A DNA stretch of 64,000 nucleotides from Bispira polyomma (lineage: Eukaryota). The notes under the pieces were generated by a model. The model had not been told where the DNA came from. It did not search any database and saw nothing but the letters and a program-made list of their open reading frames with translations. The first letter of the stretch is position 1; every line of letters starts with the position of its first letter. Position numbers and translations under genes: made by a program. This document shows positions 52,840 through 64,000 of this stretch, piece by piece. The DNA lies in the NCBI GenBank assembly GCA_965649765.1, contig OZ287753.1, positions 55,552,001 through 55,616,000 on the forward strand, given 5' to 3'.

Positions 52840-53561
52840 TGGACGTCAGACTGCGTGTGGAGGTACGTCACAGACTCAGTGGATGCTAGCCATTAAGTGG
52901 CTGACATGTTCAAACAGCATCTCTCTACTACTCCCTCTTCCTAAGTCCTTTTTGTTGGGCTTTGGGTGTTTGTAGTTAATAATAGCTCATATGTAACAGT
53001 TGAACTATTACGTAATTTAGTTAAATTATTGCCTAATCTAGTCTAAATTAATGTACTACATGCTAATAATGTTAACTGTACTATTACTTGCACGTGGCAC
53101 TATTACTTTGACTTTCTATTACTTCATTACTTGCCTGTCAATACCTTTAATTTGACTCCCTTGTATAAACGTGCAAGGGCAAAGTTCAACTCTCAGTTAT
53201 AATTTATGGTCACCTTACTGTTGCTAATTGCCTACGGGCTGTGTAATTTTCATAAACAAGTAAATTTGCGTAAGGTGACCTTTAAACTTTTTAATTATGC
53301 TACGTAAAATATTTATGACTTTCAGTGACCTTAAGTCACGTAAGTTGTTAATTAAATTTTAATTTACCTAAGGTGACCTGAAGTCGCCCTGTTTAAAGTG
53401 ACCTTAAGTCACTCTGTATTAAAACTTATATGACCTAAGTCATCTTGTATATAGTAGTTTTAACACTTAGACTAACATAATAAATATTTTACTGCATTCT
53501 GTGTCATCTATATCTTGCCTTCTTGACCTCTGACCCCTCTGGCCTGTCACTCGGGGAAATG
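52840..53561 (+). mobile_element. 3' remnant of a third YR retrotransposon (recombinase C-terminus + B-type repeat)
   Basis: 52840-52944 translates WTSDCVWRYVTDSVDASH*VADMFKQHL, aligning with WRSSAVWTYLHKTSQAASTVPLTFASAI; then tgggtgttt (cf. B start tgggtattt); ends actcggggaaatg (cf. B end actaggagaactg). Confidence 0.75.
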
Positions 53562-55079
53562 AGTACTTTTCTCCCACAACTAACCTGTATATTTTCTTCT
53601 GAACCATACACTCACAAATCCCAATATGGTACATTAACTTTTTCGTGAAATAATAAAAGGGCACTGACATCAGATTAACAACATATTACTTAATATGAAT
53701 GATGTATCAGCAATCAGAAACTGTATCAGGAATTATAAATAGTAAAGTTTTGCTAACAGGTTTAATTGTGTAAAATTAATACTTATAATACATGTGTGAT
53801 TATAAAATACAAACTTGTTGGCACCTTTCATCAATTGTTACACAGCTACATATTTTAAACTCTCAACACAATCTTGATTAACAATCTAACTTAAAATCAT
53901 GAATAATATTTTACCCAAATTAGAAAAAAAGTAATACCACAGCTTGAATTTTAAATGTGGTCATGGATTATTAGAAACTCCCACTGCTTCGTTTAGATAG
54001 GACTATTTGCCAGGCACTTGCTATCCAAAGAAATTAAAAAGAATGGAAAATAAGTATTTTTGTCTTAAAAAATAAAGGTCTTTTAGAAGGTTTAAACCTA
54101 ATAAAAGACACTGATACAGGACAGCATGTTTTTTATTTGTTCCTCGGGCCAACTAAGTTAATACACAAAGTCATTGGTATCAATCAGTGTCACAGTAATA
54201 GAAAATTGGGTTAACAGCAAGATGCAAAACGTGACATAATAATAATAGAATTTAAGACAGTCACAAAGTTCTGATTCACATTGGAGATCATAAAACTCAC
54301 ACCTATATACTGACGATAATGTTCTTTTTATATAGAAATTATATTATTCCTCTTGTAATAGACGAAAGTTGTTTCAAATCAGCAACAGCTTTGTAATTTT
54401 CATTCTAATTTTTTGTAAAACATTTAAGTGTGTAAAATGAACAATGTCAAATTGGATCAACGAAGAAAAGGCTACTGATAATTACAACTATGTCAAAGTG
54501 CCAGTGAAATTAAATATAATCTATTTTGTAAAATTTGACCTATTTGATATAGATGAATGTTGCTACATCGCATATTGCATTAAAAACACCCCTTTTGCAA
54601 GTGCTATATTTAGGTTACTTAGCCAAAATTGTAATTCTTGGTTGACTCTAGAAATTCTCGGCCTAAAATTGGATTACCGTGAAGCATTTTTGAGTGTCAC
54701 GTACGAACGAGAGAAGTATGAGCTTGACAGAGCTGCCAAGGATACCCCGAAGTAGTACCGAGTAAAGCTGAGTCTAGTAGGAGTAATCCCATCTTGGAAT
54801 TCCCTTTTGGATATTTAGATAAAGTGAGGTGAGACAATATGAGAGCCAAGTGATTGGGGAAAGTTTCTAACCACTTGGGCAAATATTTATCCCAATATTT
54901 GGTTTGAACTGTCATATCTGAAGTGTGCACAAAGTATTGAAATAAATAGGAATGCCATCTTATAGTTTGACCTTCTCTTATCATTTGATTTATAATACAA
55001 GTAAATTTTGCATGAGTTTATTAAGTTGGACTCTCCGTATAGCAATACACCAAGATACCATAGTCTTAAAAAATGTAAA

Positions 55080-55420
55080 AAAAGGTCTGGATCATTTTTC
55101 TACCTGGATCTACTCTACAGCAACCTTAAGAGGGGAAATAGACTTTCTGTTTCCTCTGTTAGACCCTCTAGGAGGGCTGGCTCAAGAGCCTTCTCTACTG
55201 CCGCCCCTATATTATGGAATGGTCTCCCAGTTGAGCTAAGATCGCTTAAAACACTATCTGGTTTTAGAAACAAGTTTAAAACCCATCTTTTAAAACTCCC
55301 CTATCCTCCATAGTTTCCCTCCCGATATACCCCTACATCCTTCTTTATGACCTTGGCTATGTTTTTGAACTTTTCTATTGGTTTCTATTTGCTTTAGGGG
55401 ATGTCTAGCATCAATAAAGG
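55080..55420 (+). mobile_element. Old L2-like 3' fragment, second copy
   Basis: ORF 55008-55313 C-terminus is homologous to the end of the 1026-aa ORF. Confidence 0.85.
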
Positions 55421-58400
55421 TGGTTAAAAATCTATATCTAAAAATGACAAATATAAACAACCAGTTCAGATGCCATGTTAAGACATCTGCAAATTTGCTT
55501 TAGCATTAAAGGATTTTTATTTGTATAAATATTTTTTGCCAGTTTATAGAACTATTCTATGTGATTGTGAGATTCAGTGTCTCAGTAATTTTTATAGCCA
55601 AGAAAGAAATTGCATGTGCCAATTTGATTTAGCATTAGAGAGATCCTTTTTTTTTCTCTATAAAGAAAATTTTCTCCCTGACCAGAATGTAGTAAAAGTA
55701 ATAATCTGGGATCTCTCTTTTTCTGTGGCAATCAGGTTTGTATTTCTTTACATAATGTTGCAAATTTTATACAGATCCCATGATTCTACAAGACATCCAT
55801 TGCAGATGTTTATTTCCTTGTTAATATATATTTCATGCAAACTTTTCCTCAACCTCTTTTCAGATTATATTATATAATCTCAAACCAAACGCCACATCTA
55901 TGTATTTCTAACAGCTGAGTTAGAACTAAGTCACTTGGTTTAACAGGGCACATGTGCAGACCACTATAAATATATGACAGATATATGGACGTATAATACA
56001 TGTGCAATACAAAAACTTGGTTGCTGTCATCAACTTTAATATAGCTCAGCTTTTTTTAATTGTAGGCACAAACTTTAGCAACACTCTATCTTGGTAAATA
56101 TTAACCCAATTTACAGCTTAGTTGGAGTTCTAATTATAATGTGGAGTTTAATTGATTTAGACGGGAAATTGTGTGTGATGTCGGCCAACTAATGGCCAAT
56201 CAATGTAGGGGTCAGTTCGACCAGAAAAGTCTTACATATATGATTTAAGGTCCCACACTGACCATGCTATCCCAGGTGGTACTCCCTTGCACATGTTTTA
56301 CTTATAAGAAACCCATTATTTAGACCCCTGCCAAGTAAAGGCTTGGTAACAATATTTAGAAGAAAAGACAAAGAATCAGGGTCGGGTCAAAATGACACCA
56401 ATCAGAGAGGATTTTAAAAGTTGAGCTTTGTAGAGGCATAATAATGCAACAAAATTATATAATAAATGTACACTCAAAGTATTTATACAATTTAATACAA
56501 ATTGCAAAACAATTTTTGTGTTGCAAAAATGTCCAATAATAGCCAAGAGTGATAGTGATAATGACAATTACTGATGATTCCGTATGGAAATACACAAATG
56601 GTAAACAATACCTGTTGAAGCAGATGATGAAAAGTGCAATTGCCACGCTTATATGCTTTTTTTTAACTCATTATGTAACTACAACAAAATATACCATCAA
56701 GCTCCAACATACTCGTACATTGAATTTGGTAATGTCTATGAAGCATACCATGCCTTTCTCTACAAACCTGTTTTCAATATTAACTTGAAAAAACTGATTA
56801 CAAATTTTGTCCAAAATATAATTTGTGGTCAGTTTTTGTCAACATATACTCCTGCATCACTTAACATCTTACAATTTCTAGGAATAGCTTTTTTATGACC
56901 TTTCGGCAGACACCATGTGACATGGTGTACTAAATATTTGAAATTCCTGAGTAAATAAAACTTGGCTTCAAAGTTCCATCCTCTTTTAGCTTTAGAAAGA
57001 AGTGAATGCTTAGTAATTGGGAAAATTACTTCGAAAACATCTAAATTTTCTATTTTTACCATGTATAAATGTTAAAAGACAAAATATTAAGATGGGAAAT
57101 GCAATAACAATTAAAATGATATCAAAGGTCTAGAGAAATAGAATTTAAACAATTTTGTAAACCATAAAGTATTTAAGACGGTTGGTTTATCCATAGAAGT
57201 ATGGTTAAATTCTCAAAATTAGTTAATTTTGGATGACATTTTTTGGATAGCATATATTGTGCTACAAGTTCCCCCCTCTTTTTTTGTAATGACTATTTTT
57301 TGATAACTTACTTACTTCGATCCTATCCATCCATTCATCCCTTATGGAACATAAAGCTCTGATTATGGTTTTCTAACACAACAAGTTTATGTCCTGGTTT
57401 GGAGACTAGATTTGTTACCTGTTTATACAATTATTTTGCGTGAATTGAGAATGTGGGTCAAGGGAATTTATATGCATAGCAAAGAAAAAGATGATATGCT
57501 GAGACATGTACAAATTTGTTTTATCATTAAAGGGATGTATTTTTCTTTTTTAAGGAAATATATTCACCAGATATATTCAATAGATTTTACTAACACTTCA
57601 TAAATTGCTATTATTGCTCTTTGCAATGAGATTATATTAGTTAGGTTACTGTTGCAGATTATATACAGATTCCATAACTCTGTTTAAAAAGAACAACCAT
57701 TGGGGATTTATATTTCATTTTTAATACATTTTTCATACACATTTTTTCATAAAAATGACTTTGAATGACAACAACATGTTTACCAAAAATCTGAGTTATT
57801 ACCTAAATGTATTTATAAATTATCTAATTACAAATGAAGTGATCAATTATTTTGAAGACTAGTATGAGAAAGATTGCCTGATTACCGAAACCTCACTGGT
57901 AAACCGACTTTTTTTATCATTTTACAAATATACACTAAATATTTGAAACTGCACATCCCTAAAATAAACATGCCATATATTGGTACAAAGAGCATTAAAC
58001 CATTGATAAAATTATCTAAATTTGGTCTGGATGCATTATTGCCTACACACATTTCATAACATTTCTTTTTTTCTATCATGTCTAAGGTTGAGTGTTTCAA
58101 TGAGTGCAAGCATGGGCGGTTTAGGGGAGTCAGATCAGATTTTATACCCATACTATTTATGCAGCAGACACTGGCAAAGTGACAATCTAAAAGTCCATTT
58201 TAGAACTTTTCTCCCACACTAACCTATATATTTTCTTCTGAACCATATAGGCACACATCCCAGTATGGTACATTAACTTTTTCATGAAATAATAAAAGAA
58301 AACTGATATGAGATTACCAACATATTACTTAATATGAATGATGTATCAGCAATCAGAAATGTATCAGGAACTATAAATAGTGAACTTTTGTTAACAGGTC

Positions 58401-58690
58401 TAATTGCGTAAAATGAATACTTTTAACACATGTGTGATTATTAAATACAAACTTTTTGATACCTGTTGATATCAATTGTTACATAGGTACGGATTGTTAA
58501 CTCTCAACACAAACCTAAACAACACTCTAATTTGAAAAAACAGTAATAGTGTTTTACCCAAATTAAAAGAGGCAAGACCATAGCTTTAGTTTTAAATGCG
58601 GCCTTTGGTTCTGATTCTTCTTGCTTCATGTTTTGTCCTCTTCTGAGAAAGTAAAGTCTCTCTTGCCCCATGTACCTCGTCTCACATTCA

Positions 58691-58948
58691 GGGGCCGCGG
58701 TGGCCTAGTGGTTAGCAAGCATTGCGCTTCACAATCACTGGTCTCTCACCTCTGGGCGGCGTGAGTTCGAATCCCGTTGATGCCTATGTGGGAAAGGTGG
58801 TGGCTCCTTACTGTGGGCCGCCGGTTTCTCTGCAGAACCTTGACCGACTGTATGCAGTGTTTCCTCCAGCATTTCCAACTACCCGTCCCAATATAACCTA
58901 CTAAAAGGTACTACAGTGGACGTTAAATATCCAAATTCAAATTCAAAT
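58691..58948 (+). mobile_element. Young tRNA-derived SINE (Meta-SINE-like) with 14-bp TSD
   Basis: A box tggcctagtgg, B box gttcgaatccc, (AAATTC)n tail, TSD tcgtctcacattca at 58677-58690 and 58949-58962. Confidence 0.95.
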
Positions 58949-59965
58949 TCGTCTCACATTCATTATAAAGAACAAATAAATCACCCATTTGCTATAGCAT
59001 ATACATACAGAGCACAATGAAAGCTATCATCTACAAGGTTAGTGCTTTATATGGATAGATGCTGCTATAATAATTAACAGAATTTAAGACAGTCACAAAG
59101 TGACTGATTCACATTGGAGATCTTAGAACGATTGTCATACCTGTATACCGATGGTAATGTTCTTCTTATATAGAAGTGTTTAACAAGTACAAGAAGAAAC
59201 ACCTTGATACTGCAGTATCCTGAATTGGGCTATTTCTACAAAGCACACTGTTTTCAGTATAAACCAGACATGCATACATCCATGTCATTGTTGTCAGCAT
59301 ATACTTAATACCCAGAAATAAAAGTTGAAAGTAAAGCACATGGTGAATGGATTATTTTCATCATTTTTGACCACTTGAAAGAAATGAGTATCTAGTAATA
59401 GAGAAAAATTGCTTCAAATCAGCAGTAGCTGTTTAAGATCTTAATTTTCTCTTTTCATTTCGCTTTGTGAGTGCTATATTTAGGTTTCAAACAAAAGCAT
59501 GTGTTCATTTTCGCAAGTAGCAGTCACTGCTGGTAGGGCATGGCCTTTCAGTCGAAGGCACAATATCTCACCCTTACCTTACATCAAGTTTTGTAGGGCA
59601 CAATATAATACGCTTACTTTAATTTACTTAACAAGTTGTGTACAAGGCTGTACCCAATCAGGGAAAGCCTACAGAGCCAATGGCAAATTGTTTACTGCAG
59701 GGTTTTTATCGCCTTTAGCATTGTGGGGTCATAATTCAGCTAGAAGCATAAGAGCTAGCATCTAAAAAGTTGTTGAACTTCATGGAAAACAGCAGCCATC
59801 TTGAATGATTTATATTTTAGAAAGAAGTTCAACGTTTTTAGTGCAACCTGTTTTAGTTTTTTATAGTTAATTTTATATATATACACATTGTGGGATACTT
59901 GACACACATGAAAAGTATTGGAAAAGTTTATACGTGTGGAAACTAACAAATATCAGTGCAATATC

Positions 59966-61215
59966 ATGGGGAGAGGGAAAAAACGTCAAGTCACACAGCA
60001 AGGAGCATCTTGTTCCAGATGTAACATCATACATGCCAGACCAGTAGGCAATAGATGTACAAGGGAGCTCGACTCACCACTCAACAACACAGAAAGCCAA
60101 CTGACAGATGGGGACAATACTAGCGTCGTCTCGGAAGGGCAAAGAACAACGGCTGTAAGTAGTGACAATGTTTACCAGTCATTATTCGAGAGACAAAGTG
60201 TTATGAGGGCGACTATACTAAAATCAGTTACTAAATTAGAGAGTGACGTCTCAGGACTCAGCTAGAGAAGCCAAGGCCTTGCCACAGAAAAACACAGAAG
60301 CTACACCTCTCGCTAGTTCACTAATTCATTCTAGCTATGACACACAAACAAGACCAACTCCCACTTCCAAAATGCTCAAAACAACACTTCATAATGGCCA
60401 CATTCATGACCCCGTCACGACACAACAGGCACAAACTCAGGCAGTATCAAACACAGCCCTACTTCCCACAACAAGGCATTACGGGATCCCTGAAGCACAG
60501 CCAATCAACCTTCCACAGGCGAGCATCAACCATACTACATACATGTCGCATACAGCTGAACCAGCAGTACCCCGCACATATGACGCCATACCTCCATCCA
60601 TGGACATCCTGAGACATTCTACCTTAATACAGAATGAAGTCAGTCAATGACTGGCTCAATATGAGGCCTGGGCCACAGAAAACACCTTACAGGGTGAGCT
60701 TATGTCTAAGAAAAAGTCAGACAGGTTTAACGTTTCTGAGGTATGCACATCAGATCCAACACTTCGCTGGCCCAACAAGGGGTGCCTAGCAGGAGTAGGC
60801 AGAAAATGCATATTATACGACGACTTATCAGATGCTCAATTCACCGCTGGGCAAATCCAAAACACCCTCGAAACAAAACATCCTGTTATATCTGGTGCTA
60901 TGCTGAAAGAACTAACCAACACACTTAAAGATTCAGCCAACATTTCACGGCATGAAAAGAGGAGCATACTCCAGCAACATGAACGACGTCGAAGAGGAAC
61001 GACTGACTTGGCCAGACGATACAAAATGGACCATGAACTGGTTGTCATATTCGCAGGCACTAACATCCAACTCCACTTCCAACTCCACGAGCACGTAATC
61101 GGGAAATGGAAACAACAAGAAGAAAATGCCATGCAGGAATGTCCAACGCAACCAATGTCAACATAAAGCTGACCACGAATCTGCTACGATGTTGTTCCGT
61201 CACATATGAGCGAAT
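59966..61215 (+). pseudogene. gag: Gag-like ORF of element 2 (disrupted), N-terminal CxxCxxxH..C motif
   Basis: CSRCNIIHARPVGNRC; collinear peptide similarity to 21910-23181. Confidence 0.8.
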
Positions 61216-61974
61216 TGCTATAAGTTTAACAAACGAGCTAACCCACACCCAGAGATGTAGTGTTACAAACTACACGGAAAGCCTGATTCTACAACTTCGA
61301 CAACTGCAAAAATGGCAACAGTGACCTCTGACAGAATACACAAACAGGCTCAACATATGCACAAAGGTAGTAGTGAAAATAATTACAGGGTCGACAATAC
61401 CAAAGTAAATTTTGAAAAAAATTATTATAGGAATGATTGTGAGTATAATTTTTCAGGACAAAATCATGTAGAACTGTACAGAGACACGAGTTTGTATATT
61501 CATAGTGATAATCAGAAGTTGAATAGTAGTTACACTAATAGTGAGGCATGCATTACTAACAATAACACAAGTAGACCTGCATTAGAGCATTATGATAGTA
61601 ATGTGGACATGATGAACAGTAATGTAAATGTCAGTTCAAGGAGTAATAACCTTGACCCGGGAACTGTATACTAATGTGTTGATATACCTGAGAGTGGTAA
61701 CTGTATATGTCATACCATTGATCTATAAACTAGTATGTGTAAGACAATTAATGGTGACAGCATATATTAGGGGCATGGAAGCTCCACATATCTCAGGTAT
61801 ATACTACAAGAGACAGACAGACACAACAAATACATTACATAGGCTACAAGAAAAAATTCAACATATCTGGCCTGTAACAGAGACTACAACATTGACTGTA
61901 CAATTGCAGAAGACCCATCATCACAGACAACCAAAACGCATACACGCACAAAAATAAGGAGCACACATTACTAC

Positions 61975-63464
61975 ATGGAGCTCATTGACAACATATGTAA
62001 AAGACATGCAAGACAACAAGCATATAAGGATAAAAGTCCTAAAATGAATAAACACGCATGCACAGAACATATAACAGCATACGAACACACAGAACATGAG
62101 GTTTTAAACAGTACACCAACTATTGAACCAGACACTGTAGTCATAGATGACGCACAAGCAGTACTGAATAGTTACATAAATGACGAGAGAGAGGACGAGA
62201 TATGGACAATAGACAGTATATCAGACAAACGAACAGATGACAACGAGACAGATTATGGGTTTAAACCAAATGAGAACAAATTTGAATTCATTGGCCCCGA
62301 TAGGGATGCAGTAATACTTGATGATTATAACAAATTAATTAAAGTCGCAGAAATCATAAAAGAAACAGGCGTACCGAATTACAAAAAAGCGAGAATCCCA
62401 ATAAAGAGCTACCTTAACATACCTAATTGGAGGAAATATTTAACAAATTACCCTGATAAAACACTGGTAGAATATTTACAATATGGTTTCCCTATATCAC
62501 TATATGATAGAAACAGGGTTAACGTCCAGGCAGTGGATAATCACCATTATGCCAAAATTTTCCCAGACAAGATAAATAGTTATTTTGACACAGAGGTTAA
62601 AATTGGGGGGCCATTCTTGGTCTTATAAATAGTAACATACACAAAAAGTGTCACTTCTCCCCCTTACTGACGCGTCCAAAAGACAATAATAAATGCAGAT
62701 TAATACTGAACCCTTCACACCCGGCAGGTAAATCAGTAAATGACTGTACCATTAAAAACAGTTATGATGGTACACCTTTCAAATTATCATTACCAACAAT
62801 TGACCAAATTACAACATACTTGAAGACACTAAGCAGTAAAGGAATGTTAGCAAAGGTCGATATCGCCCACGCATTCCGAAATTTAAAGATCAACCCTTAA
62901 GACTGCCTTAAGCTAGGTTAGAAATGGGAGAATAATCATTACCTTGATTTGAGCATGACGTTCGGATTAACGCACGGAACGGCCATATTTATAAAGGCCT
63001 CCGACGCAGTAACCTGTATAATGAAAGAACATGGTTATAAAGAAGAGAATTATATAGACGACTTTATTATCTGCGAAACAGAAGATAAGACCACCTTAGT
63101 CTACAAATTTTTACAAAAAGTGTTGCATGATTTAGTCTCCCACTTAAAAAACAGAAACTTGTCCCCCCCAGAAAGCGTGTAACTTGCATGGGCATTACAA
63201 TAGATGTTAACCACAAAACACTAGAAATAGATGATGACAAATTAGTTTCCATTTATGGAACATGTACGGAATTCAAAAATTTAAAGCAAACTACTAAACA
63301 CAAATATCAATCACCTCTAGGGAAACTACTTTACGTACACATGTATTAAACCTGATTGAGTGTTCATGCATAGAATGTTAACATTGCTACGAGAATCCAG
63401 AAGTAATACCAGAATTAAACTCACAGAAGAGTTTCATAAAGACCTTAAATGGTTTTTAACTTTT
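61975..63464 (+). pseudogene. pol: RT ORF of element 2 (disrupted)
   Basis: YIDD at ~63051; collinear with 24150-25230. Confidence 0.88.
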
Positions 63465-63647
63465 AGTGTGCTCACTCCGAATTGGTAAAGTTAAGTCCCT
63501 GGGAATCGATAGACTTAAAAAAAATGAGTCCTAGGTTTTATTTTCGGAGTCCCAATATTTGATTCAATTCCTTGGATGTAAAACTAATGAATGGATTACA
63601 AAAAGATGAATAATATACAAGGAATTTTGAAACATTTCAGTTTACTC

Positions 63648-63873
63648 AATTACAATACCTTGTAACTAGCTAAAACTAGCTAAAAGTAAAAACTAATACA
63701 ACTAACATTTTTTGTTTAATTACACTGCCTGACTACATTTATTGTAAGCCTGTAACAAATTACAATACCTTGTAACTAGCTAAAAGTAGCTAAAAGTAAA
63801 AACTAACACAGCTAACATTTTTTTGTTTAATCACACAGCCTGACAGGATTTATTGTAAGCCTGTAACAAATTA
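63648..63873. repeat. ~111-bp tandem duplication
   Basis: aattacaataccttgtaactagctaaaa...atttattgtaagcctgtaaca twice. Confidence 0.92.
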
Positions 63874-64000
63874 TAATGCAATGCAAAGGAAGTGATGCAA
63901 GAACAAACAGTTAAATGTGATCACAATAACACTAAGACAATGTTCTGTTAGTGTCTTGAACATGTGAAACTCTCACAATTACAAAAACTTAAATAAAATT

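Larger units (their letters stand above)
41775..59486. repeat. Rearranged tandem segmental duplication mosaic (~5-kb ancestral unit)
   Basis: 41980-42257 + 45897-47800 ~ 56400-58600; 47397-49992 ~ 53562-56125; 50853-51275 ~ 56126-56548; 49290-50430 ~ 51300-52420; 41775-41980 ~ 47975-48170 ~ 54105-54300 ~ 59070-59130. Confidence 0.92.
59639..63464 (+). mobile_element. Second, diverged Ngaro-type YR retrotransposon, decayed and truncated or interrupted before RNase H
   Basis: Starts tgtaca like A1; gag MGRGKK..KSDRFN..LRWPN..YDDLS; pol FEFIGPDR..YLQYGFP..SPLLTRPK..KVD..AFR..YIDD..DLKWF with many stops and frameshifts. Confidence 0.88.

Noticed and set aside
58691-58775. tRNA gene
   Set aside because: A and B boxes are present but it is the head of a dispersed SINE with body, tail and TSD
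58722-58904. Similar small ORFs MRFTITGLSPLG... here and at 33021-33206
   Set aside because: Both are translations of the same SINE family from non-ATG starts

Overview
AT-rich animal genomic DNA, probably a mollusc or other lophotrochozoan judging from the receptor and repeat types (inference), with one 430-nt assembly gap. The only clear host gene piece is the terminal exon (TM6-TM7-C-tail) of a class A neuropeptide GPCR of the luqin/RYamide/tachykinin-receptor type at 30956-31462; its upstream exons were not found in the window. The rest is mobile and duplicated DNA. (1) A structurally complete but disabled Ngaro-type tyrosine-recombinase (YR) retrotransposon with split direct repeats at 21573-27717. 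(2) A second, diverged YR element at ~59639-63464 and a 3' remnant of a third at 52840-53561. (3) An intact single-ORF L2-clade LINE at 42258-45896 with a signal-peptide plus 2A-like leader. (4) Many tRNA-derived SINEs and MITEs. (5) A rearranged tandem duplication mosaic at ~41.8-59.5 kb. Best leads: a phase-1 splice donor conserved inside gag of two diverged YR elements that matches an acceptor directly before the recombinase, predicting a spliced Gag-YR fusion; a ~160-nt G-U-rich RNA structure between the A2 and B2 repeats; a tandem array of copies of the GPCR 3' splice site; and the signal-peptide/2A leader of the LINE. All alignments and folds were done by eye.
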